Shown here piece after piece: positions 10,790 to 23,885 of a DNA stretch of 64,000 nucleotides. Made by a program: the position numbers and the translations under genes. The notes beneath the pieces were generated by a model. It ran no database searches and had not been told where the DNA came from. It saw nothing but the letters and a program-made list of their open reading frames with translations. The DNA lies in the NCBI GenBank assembly GCA_032718475.1, contig JAUCBJ010006764.1, forward strand, positions 1-64,000. The letters run 5' to 3'. This DNA comes from Nemertoderma westbladi (Eukaryota; Animalia; Xenacoelomorpha). Each line of letters begins with the position of its first letter. Position 1 is the first letter of the stretch.

Positions 10790-12270
10790 ATTTTCAAAAT
10801 CTTTTTTTTTTACACTCCTCAAGGTTATATCAATTCTCTACACCCACTCCCATGTCCTCAAAGTACCCTTATCTCTATTAAGTTCAGCAAAATGTGCCTC
10901 GAAAGCCTCAAGGTCTGGTCCACATCTAACCTTAGTAGCTTTAGAATTGGACTTTAGTAAGTTCCAGAATTTTTTGCACTCACTTACTTTATAGCCTAAC
11001 AATTTGGCTGTCTCATTTCTTTAGTGAATATATTTTGTAGTCTTGAGCGCTTTACAGTATTCCTTGCGCTTTTCAAAAAAACAATCTCTTATTGTTTTTG
11101 TTTGTTGGTGTTATTGTTTTTCCAATTGTTCAACGCATGCCTAAATGCGACTTTTTTACTGGCACATTCACTGTTGTACCAATGAAAGGAGGTTGTATTG
11201 TATTGTGTCCTCTATCGGAACCGGAACCTCTATCGTTGAACTTATCTAAAATATTATAAATTTTTGCAAGGTTAGGCGAATCAAGACTTTCACAGACCAA
11301 ATCAAGAATACTAGTTAGATTGGACTTAACAGCCCCAGATTACAGACTATTTACAAACCTCTCCTTGCCGGATTCCTTCCATACATACTTTATTTTAGTG
11401 GCTTGGGGTTGATGAGGAGGTTTTTACTACATTATTTACCCTGGATTTGTTAGCCGTACGCTTACCCATGCTAAGACCTATCGTCACTACCGAATGACCA
11501 GAAAAGGCATTTGAATCTCCTATAGAAAACGTCTTACATCGATTCAATACATTGGCACGGGCTGCAAAATAATCAATTGTTGATTCACCATTATGATTAC
11601 GGAAAGTGTATTTACCTACCCCTAGATCAGAGCCTACTCTACCATTGAATATGAGTAAACCCGTGTCTTACACACATTCAAGAACCGTCTCCCGTACGCA
11701 TTAATGCGGCTGTCACAATTACTCCTTACTCGAGCAACATTCCATATCTCAAAATCGTCTTAAAAAAAAGTATACACATCATCAGGAGGTAGCAGGTCAT
11801 ATTATCAAGTGCTGCATGAATTATCCACAATATAATCACATTCGAGCCCTGTATGTGCATTTAGATCACCCACTAGAATTACATCATATTGCTAAACATA
11901 ACAACTCAATCCTTTCTCAATTTTATTGAAAGAAGCAATGCTATCACCAGACTGTGCGGACGAACATTCTGGTGGAATGTAGGCTGCACAAATTATTAAA
12001 TCTTTCACACCATCGCAAGAAGTTTTCAGCTCTAACCACAACATATCCTCATGTTCGAAAAGCTCCAACCGAGACAAATATGTTTCTAACTCCTGTTTAT
12101 AATATACTACTAGACCTCCACTATACCGTCTAGCATTTCTACGTTTGGTTTTCCTACTATTTACAAACTTTCCATAACCAACTAAGTCGATATTATGGAG
12201 TGATCTTGGAGACAGCCATGTCTCGGCACATATAAAAATATCATGCTCAATCACTAATCTGTGAAAATCT
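10790..12270 (-). mobile_element. Degenerate APE-type non-LTR retrotransposon (endonuclease region)
   Basis: DIFICAETWL, SGGLVVYYK, ICAAYIPP in ORF 11892-12254. Downstream frames give ILVGDLNAHTG and LIFNGR...KYTF...STIDYF, with stops and frameshifts. Confidence 0.8.
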
Positions 12271-12743
12271 GGTTCACATAGGGTACTACAGTAGTTATCC
12301 CTTCTACATTAACAAATCCAATCACTGTCAAACACATGTTGTTGTTCAATGGGAGTTTCATCACTTAGGCGGCTAATTTGAGTTACTTGCCTCTCAGGTG
12401 GAGCCAACAATGGTCTCCCCACACTCACTCTTAGAGACAGACTGTACAGGTGAAGCATCCAATGGGGCACTGTTCTGCTGACTAGCAGGAATAACATAAC
12501 TATTGTTAGTTATATTTCTAGGATCCAGGACACCTACTGTAGTAGGCTTGCTAAGGCTACCATGCACGCACAGCCGGGCCTGTCACATCCCTACATTTTC
12601 TATTTACACTTTCCAAACTATGGCTACGAATTTTCCAATGTGCTATCTGTCGTCTAGCCCTAGTATATGGGGACCTTCAGATCCTGGATTATTTAAGTAT
12701 ATTATTGTATATTATTGTATATTATTAAGTTGCAACTGATAAC

Positions 12744-12930
12744 TTAAGACTGCCTGTTCAATAGAAGTGGATTAGGTGGGATAGCGAATGTCAGGGGCAA
12801 GTGGCTGAACTGGTTAGCGCTACTGATGAGGCCTGATAGGCTGAAATGTACGTATAGCGCTGGTTCAACCCCCTGTGACGCGCTTTCTCATTTTTCTTAA
12901 TTTCTGAACAAATCCATAATATTATATCTT
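12744..12930 (+). mobile_element. ~190-bp hammerhead-containing repeat, copy 1
   Basis: Near-identical to ~13952-14137 (AAGACTGCCTGTTCAATAGAAGTGGATTAGGTGGG...CCATAATATTA.ATCTT). Confidence 0.85.
12806..12867 (+). ncRNA. Minimal type-I hammerhead ribozyme
   Basis: AGCGCTA-CTGATGA-GGCCT/GAT/AGGCT-GAAA-T-GTAC-G-TA-TAGCGCT. The core is intact, with a 7-bp stem I extended by TGAAC/GTTCA, a stem II, a palindromic loop III and a GUA cleavage triplet at 12852-12854. Confidence 0.85.
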
Positions 12931-13699
12931 TAATTACAGTTGCATTAACAGCTCAACTCCAATTTATTTATTGTTAGAAAAGCCGTTATCGTTAACATTG
13001 GTATCAAATCAAGCTGGACAGCTAGGCCAATATTACCTTGTTGTACTCTACTAGCTAAGGATCTTGGAGCATTATCCATGACTGGAACTTGGGCTGCGTA
13101 AGATATACAGTAGGTTGACTAACTTCATTCATACCTGTGACATCGATACTAATGTCATCATTGCACGAATCTACTGTAGTACTGTGAAACGATTACTAGT
13201 GTGGACAGCAAAAGCATGTTGGTTCCTCACGTGATTACCAGCACTTCCACTTACACCTAATCCACCTTGTATATTTAAAAAACCATTCCCATTATTAGAT
13301 GTGGGTTTAGTATGGTGTACCTTAACCCATAAATCATCTTGTACCGAAACTGGGCTACTATTCACTGCGCCATTATTAGACAGGTTACCACTGGTATTGG
13401 ATGATAAGGTGCAAGCTTTTTGTGCTTTAAGCTTTAAGTGCAAGTTTACATCACTCACACTATTATAATTATTGATTATAGCACGGATTAATGGATTATA
13501 GCAGGAAATTTGAAATGACTTTCTAAATATTATAAAAAATGTACCAGTGAAAGCGTCGGTTTCGATGATGGAGATGAGTTATCATGAGTTACAGTAGTAG
13601 GTCTACAGAATGTTGGGATTTTGTAAATCCAGACAAAGTAAAGGCAACACAATGTGCATTTGACGAAACGAGAACTGGGTTTACCAATATTAAGACAAT

Positions 13700-13914
13700 A
13701 TACTTTGGTATCGGTGAATATGTACTTATTTATAATAAATACACTTATTAACATTTTAGTTCAGTGCACAAATCAAAGGATCATAAGTGCAAACTCTAAT
13801 AGGGACAACAAACCAAGAACAAAAGCAGTAACTACTGTTGAATTGCGGCGTTTCATTGGAATTATTTTTTTGATGGCTGTTGTCAGGAAAACTACAAATG
13901 AAAGAATATTTTAA
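13700..13914 (+). pseudogene. piggyBac-like transposase remnant
   Basis: ILVQCTNQR...TTVELRRFIGIIFLMAVVRK resembles the PGBD N-terminal core. A possible right end ATGGG-TTAA lies at 14394-14402. Confidence 0.55.
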
Positions 13915-13930
13915 TGCTTATATTTAGACG

Positions 13931-14134
13931 ATATATATAGGATATGCATCTTAAAGACTGCCTGTTCAATAGAAGTGGATTAGGTGGGATAGTGAATGTC
14001 AGGGACAAGTGGCTGAACTGGTTAGCGCTACTGATGAGGCCTGTTAGGCTGAAACGTATTTATAGCGCTGGTTCAACCCTCGGTGACGCGCTTTCTCATT
14101 TTTTCCATTTCTGAACAATACCATAATATTACAT
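13931..14134 (+). mobile_element. ~190-bp hammerhead-containing repeat, copy 2, with TSD
   Basis: Flanked by the 14-bp direct repeat CTTATATTTAGACG (13917-13930 and 14135-14148). Confidence 0.85.
14014..14075 (+). ncRNA. Minimal type-I hammerhead ribozyme (stem III mutated)
   Basis: AGCGCTA-CTGATGA-GGCCT/GTT/AGGCT-GAAA-C-GTAT-T-TA-TAGCGCT. Confidence 0.75.
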
Positions 14135-16518
14135 CTTATATTTAGACGGACAGACCAACGGACAGACAAACTCACAAACAGTCAGATGAGTGTCCACCAC
14201 AGATGAATTCTGACAGCGGAAATGAAATCACCGACTAGGAAAAGCCATGGAACAAACCGAACATTTTAGCAATATCATGTGATTTACTATATTTTGACAG
14301 ACAGACAGACAGACAGAGACAGACAGACATATAATTAGGTGTAGAAATGTTTGGAACAGTGTCAAGAATGATTTTTTAGCCCACAGGTCGCCAATGGGTT
14401 AACTATGTTTCATGCAACCCGAGTTTGATGTTAGTTGAGTTGACAATGGTCACTCTAAGGTCAGTGATTTCATCACACAGGATATCCCCAACAAGATTGA
14501 CCCTGTCATTGCTCACTGTGTCTCAACTTTCATAACAGACAATGCTGCAAACGAGCTGAACCTCCTGCTCCAGGATTTCATGTGAATGCAGTCAATCAAG
14601 GTCCATTTTGCGATATACAAATTAATAACAAATAATATAAGTATAATAACAAACACCTCGAAAAATACAGCTTGCCAACACATTGTTACTACCAATATAC
14701 AAATTAATGGCTCTCAAGTCAGCCCACGGCAAGCCGATTTTAGGGCATTCATCGTAATACAGGAAATAGACTATCTTACCTTAGGCCTACATCCTGTAAA
14801 TATTTTTATAAAACAAGTAACATGTATATATAATATGTAACTGTAGGCCTAAGTATTTGGTGTCGCTTCTGTTTGCTTATTATCCTGATGATGGCCCTAG
14901 TGGCAGAAATTAATAGTTGATATAAAGCGCTCGTTGTTTTCTTTAGTTACCAGGGCAGTGAAAACTCCAAACAAGATAGTCATTTCCTGTATACAGAAGA
15001 ATGTCAAGGATAAGTGGATGGATGGACATGTTCGTTCAGGTTGAATGAGATCTTCTGGGACCAGCTAAAGTGAATCACTACCATTGTTTGAGTCTCAATT
15101 CTAGAGACAGCAAAAAGAGACACGAATTCGATTCCTGCCTACGGGTCTGCCATTATGCAGTATGTAGGATAGCTGGAATTTTTATCTTTTATGTTCCAAT
15201 TGTCTGATTCTAGTTTAGTTGGACTCTCTAAGTCAAGGCAGAAGTAAACTAGCCTCTTTTAGAAATGTTAAGTCATCACGAACTGAACTATCTGAACTTT
15301 CTCCCTATTACAATATTACAATACAAAATACTTTAAAGTTGGCTGGTCTGTTTTACAATTTCTGAAAATTAGTGAGTATAATATATAGTATAATAATTTA
15401 AAGTAGTCCTACTTCAAGCCCAGTAGTTTGCATAAAATGCTTATACTTTGGCATTGTCTCACCTGGAAACTGGAATTTCTTTTTCAACACTTATTCAGAA
15501 TAATTATTCATTGATAATAGGTTAACTTTTTGAAATCCATAACTATCATTTAACTATGTTAAGCCCTCTTTATAAAGAAGAACAATTCGGAATATCGTCA
15601 GCAACAATTAATTAAAATGACAAAAATGTCAAAGTAAAGCTGTTCAAGTGGATACTGAATAATGAATGCAGTTGATATAAATTTTATGGTAACGCCCTCA
15701 TTATATTATGATTAAGGATGCTTTTGTTAAAATGTCATCCTCATTATTATTATATTTATAATGAAGATGATCAAAATATACCTTAATTATACCCACATCT
15801 TATACCTTAATATACCCTTATACCCTACTTTTTGTTCTCGACAGAAAGAAGAGGAGTTCGTTGCAGCCACTACTGTTTGTTTATCTGCACCTCCTTCTCA
15901 GGCTTTTGAAGTTGCTTATTAGGATGTCTGAATACCTGGGTTGGTCGATTTATGAGAGTTATACAAAACATGGCAAGTTAAAAATTGCAATGGGTTGTAA
16001 GTTTTTCACAATCTAGAAGTTTTAAAGTGAGTCTTAGGAAGGAATACTTCAAAATGTAGCACTACCTGATTTATAAATCTTTAATGAAATAATGCAATAA
16101 ATGCTTTGTGAGAAAATCAATGAACCTCAAGGGTGCTAGTAGGGGGACACAGACCGTGACTACTGGGATGATGACCCTGTTCTGTTGTTGTTATTGCTGG
16201 TATAGCTGGCGTGTGTGCAAATGATGATAAGTCATTAGTCCCTCCCCACCCGGCTGGCTAGAAACCGCCGATGCGTACGAAGACTGTAGCACTCCGTTAG
16301 GATATATCTATATATTTATATGACGTCTTCTATATAACTAATATAGCTCGATATTACTAAATATTCAAAATATTATTCATATATTTGATATAATATCTCG
16401 ACATATATTTAAACACATAGTTAAACACATATTTAACATATTGCTAGTATATTTCCTTTATATGAACATCCATTATAATATTATATAAACATTGCAAATA
16501 TTCAATGAAATTAATTAA

Positions 16519-17706
16519 TTATATCCTGTATACAATGGTATTATTACATTTTTTGACAATGACAATTGGCCTAAATAAATGTTTATAAACAGCCTTTCTC
16601 CAACTCTCGACAAACAATGCCATGACATAAAAATTTAAAGAGTAAACAATTGTGACCACATCATTGATAGCTGTGTATATTGATGCAAAACGTAACCACC
16701 AAACAAGATTAATTACATCCTCTATAACAACTGTTTCAGGTTTGTTGGTGAATTTAAAATCTGCAGGATTAATATAAGCTGCATTAATAAAAAATATTAA
16801 ATCCAATATAAACAATTTAAGACCGGTCATGATCATAATTATTAGCATCATATTCAATAAATTTTTATCTTTCTTCAACCTCTCAATATTTTGTTGATGT
16901 TGTCGTGAAAATATTTTCACTTTAATAATAACACAAATGCTGAGAAAAACAATTAGAACTAGATGAACAAATTGTTTGATGGGGAGGTAATATGTGATTA
17001 TAAATTTTCTGTAGCTGGATCGAATACCTTTAAATTCAACTGTAGTGGTATTCCATGTTCCAGGGGTTGCCCATGGCGATGTATCTTTGATAATTTCATG
17101 GTCACCAACATATGCAAATATAAGAAGTGTTTGAAACGATAAAATCACCATTATAATAATTATAAATAATTTATTCTGATGGCGAGTCAGTGTTTTATAA
17201 TGTATGGGCAGATAAACTGCTATCATTCGATCAATAGATATCATTATAGCTGTCCAGCATGCAAGATCTTGCCCAATTCGAACAAACAATAAATAATATG
17301 ATCTGATGACTGCTTCAAATACATTTGAGCACCCAAAATATGACAATATCCCTATATCTCTATTCCTCTCTGATGTTTCATTACAAAAATAATCTGTATT
17401 TGCCATAATTCTAAATAATTCGCTTAAAAGTGCGGCTGTTTCCATCACACCATCCAAGCATAATATCTTGTAAAACAGGGATTTAAATTGATTCTCATTT
17501 ACTACAATAAATATTGTAAGAATATAACCAATAACACCAATAATTGAATGGGTTACGGTGTATGGTATAATGACTTTTGCCATAAAATCTTGAACAGCAT
17601 TCAATAATACGAAATAAGTGTCAGTTACTGCTTCATATTCTTTATCACTTATAAGTGGAAATTTATAGATAGAGTTAACTGATTCTAATGTACGATTAAG
17701 TTCCAT
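16519..17706 (-). CDS. Intronless rhodopsin-class 7TM GPCR (chemoreceptor/peptide-receptor-like), paralog 1
   Basis: 395-aa intact ORF with seven hydrophobic segments, TM3 SIDRMIAVYLP (DRY-like), TM7 YSLNFYV and N-terminal N-glycosylation sequon NRT. Confidence 0.88.
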   Translation of the reverse strand: MELNRTLESVNSIYKFPLISDKEYEAVTDTYFVLLNAVQDFMAKVIIPYTVTHSIIGVIGYILTIFIVVNENQFKSLFYKILCLDGVMETAALLSELFRIMANTDYFCNETSERNRDIGILSYFGCSNVFEAVIRSYYLLFVRIGQDLACWTAIMISIDRMIAVYLPIHYKTLTRHQNKLFIIIIMVILSFQTLLIFAYVGDHEIIKDTSPWATPGTWNTTTVEFKGIRSSYRKFIITYYLPIKQFVHLVLIVFLSICVIIKVKIFSRQHQQNIERLKKDKNLLNMMLIIMIMTGLKLFILDLIFFINAAYINPADFKFTNKPETVVIEDVINLVWWLRFASIYTAINDVVTIVYSLNFYVMALFVESWRKAVYKHLFRPIVIVKKCNNTIVYRI

Positions 17707-18679
17707 GGTTGTAGCGGATGCAAATTAATTAAAATGAAATATATAGGCTTCTTTACTGTATTACTATTATAATGTAATAATTTATAATAGAAGCCTGTAT
17801 TGTGAATCTCTAAAGAAGACCCTGAAATGAATTGTCCAAGTAATAATATTATTTTGTTTATAATATCCCATTTATTGTCTGCAAAGATGAAAACAATTTT
17901 AACGAATTGTGAGTGTGTCAGGTCAGGATCATGACTTCGTGAAGTCTTAAGATGTGTTGCTAACGTTCCAAATGTGGAGTTCCAAACTTTCAGTTCCAGA
18001 TGTTCCAAACATGGAGTTCCAAATATGCAGTCTTCATCAGTTAGAAGCATGCATGGGCAGCTCTAAACAGCTTTACTTTGCCTTTGGCTACTCTCTCTCC
18101 AGTAGGGGGGTAAGACAGGCAGCCTGCCATGAGATAACTGTCGCATGTAAGGCCATTTGTATCTGGTTACTGATGCAATCCATAGTGGGTGGTGGAGCGC
18201 TTTTTTGCTGAGTGCGCTTTCGGGATAAATACCCTGGTTTGCCATTCCACAGGGTGAGTGTAGCAGTAGGCAAACGAGTTACATTGTTCGGGTTTGCAGT
18301 GTGGGTGTCGCAGTTGAGTCAGTTATGGGGCCCATCACCCACGTCTACACTGATACACGTGACTCACCAAGGGCAAGGGCTATCGGCTATGCAGCTCATC
18401 TTACACGTGCAGGTAGCAGTGGGCTGTACTCAACAGAAGGGAAATGGGAGCAGTCTACTCCTGATCTTATCTGGAAATATACCCTTTCTGCCGAGTATAT
18501 GGCCCAAGGGCATCTGCGCCTACTTACAAGCCCAGATGATCCCCTTTGTACCTGTACGAGGGTCTTTGCAGCCACAGGTGTAACCTCCTTTATGTTGTAT
18601 GGAGGTAGAAGGTTTTATTGATCAATGACCATATGTCAGTAAGTAGTCCTATGTAGTCATGTAGGAAGTAGTTATGGCT

Positions 18680-18965
18680 GAAACCTGGTCGATGTCCCAG
18701 CCAGATGCGACGGGTGTGGGGTAGTATTCGACCTGAACCATGGCCTAAATTGCAAGAAAGAAGGTCTTGTATTGCAACAACACAACGAACTCCGCAATGT
18801 CATGACGATCTAGCATTCTTCGTGTTTGGACCTCACAACGTGTCGCTCGAGCCCATAGTCAAAGAACAGGCAGGTCTAGAATGAGGGCAGGGCTTCGGTG
18901 CGATGTAGGAGTTTGGGGGGCGTTCAACCCGCAGTCTCAGGCGTTGTTGGATATTAAGGTTGTAA
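18680..18965 (+). mobile_element. CRE-like non-LTR retrotransposon 3' fragment (zinc knuckle + restriction-like endonuclease)
   Basis: Manual translation: [34 protein letters not shown]...GLRCDVGVWGAFNPQSQALLDIKV. Confidence 0.65.
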
Positions 18966-20564
18966 ACTAGGTTTATATATGTTTATTATCTATTTATATA
19001 TTATTTATTATCTATTTAGTTTGTAAAATTGATAGTCTTGACTACCGCAAGTCACTAAGAGGGCTCATTCACGCCGGCTCCTACGTTTCTAATTGCGTCC
19101 TCTATACACTTACCAGATGCAAACCAATCTCAGTCACGGTTATTAAGGAATGCACTGCAATGGCTCTCCGATATGCCGCATGTCCCAGTGTTACTCTGCA
19201 AGGATCCTTCCGTGCCTTGTCGAACCTGAATCATAAGAAACATTTTTGTGGGGTCTCCAGTGGATACAATAAGGCTAAACACGAATTTCAACTCCCAAGA
19301 CTATACTCCCTGCTCACATACAAATATTCCACACCCAACATCTTAGCGAGAATTGACATAGGACCACCCCCACAAGCTGATATACTCACGGCGCAATTTC
19401 TCCGCGACTGCTACGCGTTGAAAAGCATTAAATTTACCGCTAAAAAACGAAGGATCCTACAGTTCTTTGGAATTAACTGATACCGATCCAACGTACCTCT
19501 AGAATACCCGTCCCGTATGACACTCATAATTGGCTACAAAAGTACGTACGAATGTTTTTACCCCCATCTATTAACGGGTTGCATGTTGCGCCACCCGACG
19601 GAATCTCGACCGCATACAATTAACCCTGACTAATTATGTTTATTAATATAAATTGTATGTTTTGTTGTTATATGTGGAATGTGTATTTATTTTTATGATG
19701 TCTCAATTTTATCTATTATAAACCAGCTTGACCGATGTGCTTATTTAAAAAAAAAACCTTGAGGCCGAATCACACATGGGGTGCCCCCCTATGAGGAAAT
19801 TCTACCGCGAAAATTTTATAGCACTTGCTAACAGCCCGAGTGGGAGTAGGGATCCATTTGGTGGGAAAGGTGAAATGCCATAAAATCCCGATTTGATAAA
19901 GAAATCAACAACATAAAAACTTGCAGTAATGCAAAAACTAAGGTAATTAATTTCAATCAAGAGTGGGTATTTCATTCCTGAGTCATAAGAAAATGAATTT
20001 GTGTGTTTTGTTATGTGCAACTAAGTACCTGGGAATCCATATAAATTTACCTTCGTATCGTATATATATATATACATAATATATAATAATTATTTGTCAT
20101 ATATATTATAGCCAATAAAATATCTATTTAACGACTTTTTTGTGAGAATGACAAACTAAGGGTCTAATAAAATTTAATGTAAAAAAAAGATTTTTTTTTG
20201 GCTTTAAACTGTATAAATAACATGGCTTTACTTTACCAGTAAAGGTAAATAAATAATTTACGCAATAAACATAATAATTATAATGTATGCAGGGCTGCAA
20301 TACACCAAAGGATGTTGGCGGGGCTGAACTCAGAACACTTGAGAGTTGTGGATATTGGATATCCACTGATAAACAACGCGTTCTTGGCCTGTTTTCACCA
20401 GCAGCTAGTGCATGTACGAAATGGTTGCCTTAGCGACAATCTCAGTAAACTCCCATTCGTCAAGGTAAGAATAAATTTAGCCCTGGAACCCAACCCAACC
20501 CCCCCCCCCCCCCCCCCCCCTCCGCCCCCAAACGAGCTCTGACTTCCTTTTGAATGATCCCTTA

Positions 20565-20792
20565 GGGTCATTCAAAATTTGGACGTCCGATTTGTTTATT
20601 TAATTGTACTGTGAGGTAAGAAATATACAATTGAATAATGTCCGACAATATGAGAGTTATATCACCATCAATATACATTTATAAACTACAAAAAAAAAAT
20701 TTTTAAATCTCGGACAGGGGGGGGGGGGGGGGGGGGGTCCAAAAACCAGAGATTTTCTCGGATGTTTTTCGTATCGTTTTTTGAATGACCCC
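20565..20792. mobile_element. Harbinger/PIF-like MITE
   Basis: TIRs GGGTCATTCAAAA / TTTTGAATGACCCC with TTA on both flanks. A second similar right end (TTTTGAATGATCCC) abuts at 20548-20561. Confidence 0.55.
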
Positions 20793-21811
20793 TTATATAA
20801 AGTAAGTAATATTATATTGAAATAATATGTGTAAAATCCGGACAATAGCAAGACTTTTGTACCACCTACAAATACGATTGTCCTAGTTCCCAATAGGCAT
20901 ACATGTAGCTGTTTCATTGCACTCCATGTGTCATCTAACACCAACGATATAATTTTGTTCGCAGATCGGCCTAGTCAACTATCGGAATACATGGATATGG
21001 ATATATCTCCAACAATATAGGTCGATGAGGGGTAGGAGTCGTGTGGAGGCAGTCCATAGCGTCATGGACCGCGCGTTCTATGACACTCGAAGACTGGGTG
21101 CCCTGCTTTATTCCGCAAGGCTGTCCTGGTGCAGCAGCGCATACAACAGACGTCAGCTTCGAAGAATCATCTGTTTGAGGTAACAACCCTATAACATGGA
21201 GCCACTTCTGTGTGAAGTTTATCACGCCCTGGGAATCACAGTCACCTGTCACCTACTGTACAAACCACACCTATCAGTGTCCCTACAATGACATTACTAC
21301 CAACAGTACCCCCCCCCCCCCCCCCCCCCTATCCAACCCTATCCAACCCTGTCAGTAAGGCCTCAATGAGAAATGTACAGCAGAGTCGGAATCGGATTGG
21401 TACTGGTCAAACGGGGCTTAGTATATTTCAATCCATTCCGGCAACTGTATCAGGTAGAGCCAACAACTAAGTTAATTAATTGAGTTACAGACCACTCTGA
21501 TCAGCAAAATACTACACACAAGTATCGTATATAATTTATTATATTACAATTTATATATTTCCTTTCCCTTCTTTTCCTTTTTCTCCATTCCTTTCTTTTC
21601 CCCTCTTCTCTTGCCCCTCTTTTTCCTCCTTTGTTGTCATTTTTTCTTCCCCCCTCCGATCAGGCTATCTTACCCCAGCCCTAGCTCAGTTGGTAGAGCA
21701 TTTAGCGTGAGCTAAATTTAGTATATTATTATTATTTGATCATTAAAATAATATATAAAATAAAAGTGTAGTAATCTAGCTAGCTATAAGAATAATTGTT
21801 AATTGAGTTGC

Positions 21812-23060
21812 CTAGCAACATATCCAAAATCCTTGGTTGGGAATCCTTGCAACTAAAGTTCTAGTTCTAGGGTCTCCACATGGCTCCTCCCAGTGGAGGG
21901 CACTGAAGCGATGATGCCTGGAACCCATAATAGTTCGGAAGGTTTTATGAATGAATGTGATAAGTGTACTGGTTAGCAGTGATGGATTTGGAGCTGTGGT
22001 AGACAACTGCGATTTATACGCTACTTTGTATCTGCCAACAGAGATGGAGTCTTGTTTACAATTGATGTCGAGTAAGAAAAATTTATCACCTGCCTTCATC
22101 CAGTTGATGATAAGTGGTTTGGAAAGTGTTCATGTCGTTGGCCATGATAAGTGAAAGGCAGAAGGAGTGTGGAATGCGTAACAGTCTGACAATATAGCAG
22201 GAATTTGTTATCTGGAGAGTCAGTAGGATATCCGTAAACAAGGTCGGCAGCTGAGCAGTCGCTGACTTCACGTCAGGCAGTCAGAACGAGGAGAACGAGG
22301 GGCAACTCATCCAGTTAGGGTTTTGAGGCGAGCCTTTAGGGCAACTTTAAGTTGATGGTGCATACGCTCTACAATACTGTTAGCTTGAGGGTGTGGTAGA
22401 CTGTAGTGGACGAGGCAGAGATGCCTAGAAGTTGATGTAGTTTCGACCACAAGTGCGAAGTGAATTGGGAGCCGCGATCTGAGACAATGTCGAGGGGAAC
22501 ACCAAACCGAGCAATCCAGTGCCTACAGTAATGAGTGCATGGGCACAGGACTCAGCGATGGTGTTTTCCAGAGAAATTGCCTCGGGCCAGTGAGTGAAGC
22601 GGTCTATGATCGTAAACAGATACGAATTACCTTCTGATTCAGGAAGGGGTCCCACTAGGTCGACATGGAGACTGGCAAACCATCGGTTGGGTTGTGGCTG
22701 ATGTGTAAGTGGGGCAATTACATGACGTTGCACTTTGGATGCCTAGCATGGATGACACTCTCGGCACCATCTTCTGGCATCAGATTTTAATTTGTGCCAA
22801 ACAAATCTGGAGGAGATGGCGCATTCATTAGGCAGCAACCAGTATGTGCCAGGTTGTGAATTGAGTTGAAAATGTGCTTAGTCCATGCAGCTCGTACTAT
22901 GGGACAATTGTTACCTGTAGAGATGTCGCACAGGACGGTATAATTGCCGAAAGAGACATCTTTGAAGTTGAGGCCAGATATAGCTGTCCAATAGGATGCG
23001 ATTTCTTCGGAAGAAACATGATCAGCTGCCAATTGGCAGTAATCAATAGTAGGAATATGA
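21812..23060 (-). mobile_element. Degenerate Gypsy integrase fragment
   Basis: IFNSIHNLAH, LHVDLVGPLPESEGNSYLFTIIDRFTHWPEAI; frameshifted, no LTR identified. Confidence 0.85.
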
Positions 23061-23441
23061 ATCGCAGAGACTGTGTCATCGGCGAAATGCCATTTTCAAT
23101 AAATATATATATTCGACATACTGTACAGTATGTCTCAGAATAGAGTAACCAATCAGAATTCAGATTCAGACCGTATATAAAGCTCAACTATCAGACTTTC
23201 CAATTCATTCTGTGTTCTGCTTCTGTATTAACATTCCCACAAATTTTGGTTATTGCTCTTTCCACTTTCAACCATTTCTGCTTTTACTGTTTTTTCCTTA
23301 TATTCAAATATTCATTACTCAGTCAAATTCAGCCTTTTTCAGCATTCAAACATTGTTCAGAATTCCGCATCCTTTCCTCCACACCTGCAGCCTTTTTAGA
23401 TAGATAAAAAACCTTACTAGATTAGGCCTATCTGAGTATTC

Positions 23442-23777
23442 TGTAAAGGTCCGGTTAACTGCTATCGATATATCGAGGTGAAAAGGAATAATAATAAAAA
23501 CGAGGCTATACGACCAGAACAGTAATACTGTATTGAAGTTATGTCGTACAATGATTCCAAATTATAATACGGTATATAGATGCTCTAATACCGTACTGGT
23601 AAGTCTGCAGTAGTCCAGAAAATCAGCAGTTCCGAATACCGTCCTACAGTCTGACAGTTGTTCAATCTCGAAGTCCTTCATTTATATTATACAGTATATC
23701 TCCAATAAAATGTAATTAAATATTTGTTTTAAGAAATATTTAATATTTTTGTTTTTGGTCTAAACAGCACCACTACA
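23442..23777 (-). repeat. Gypsy 3' LTR
   Basis: TGTAAAGGTCCG...CAGCACCACTACA, a direct repeat of 27723-28046. Confidence 0.93.
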
Positions 23778-23885
23778 CAGCCTTCCCTTTGGAGGCGGAG
23801 CAGTTTCTAGCGGTTTAAAACAAAAATAAATATATTTAATGTGTCATTTCATGCTGAAAACAACCATATAATTTACTTTCAGTTT

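Noticed and set aside
13322-14402. Complete piggyBac bounded by TTAA-CCCAT...ATGGG-TTAA
   Set aside because: Only 5 bp of inverted match, so the left end is probably chance.
17954-18621. Overlapping short ORFs upstream of GPCR 1
   Set aside because: No confidently recognisable domain; possibly decayed TE sequence.
21673-21715. tRNA-like GCCCTAGCTCAGTTGGTAGAGC
   Set aside because: Only the A-box/D-arm half is present, with no B box; at most a SINE or tRNA fragment.
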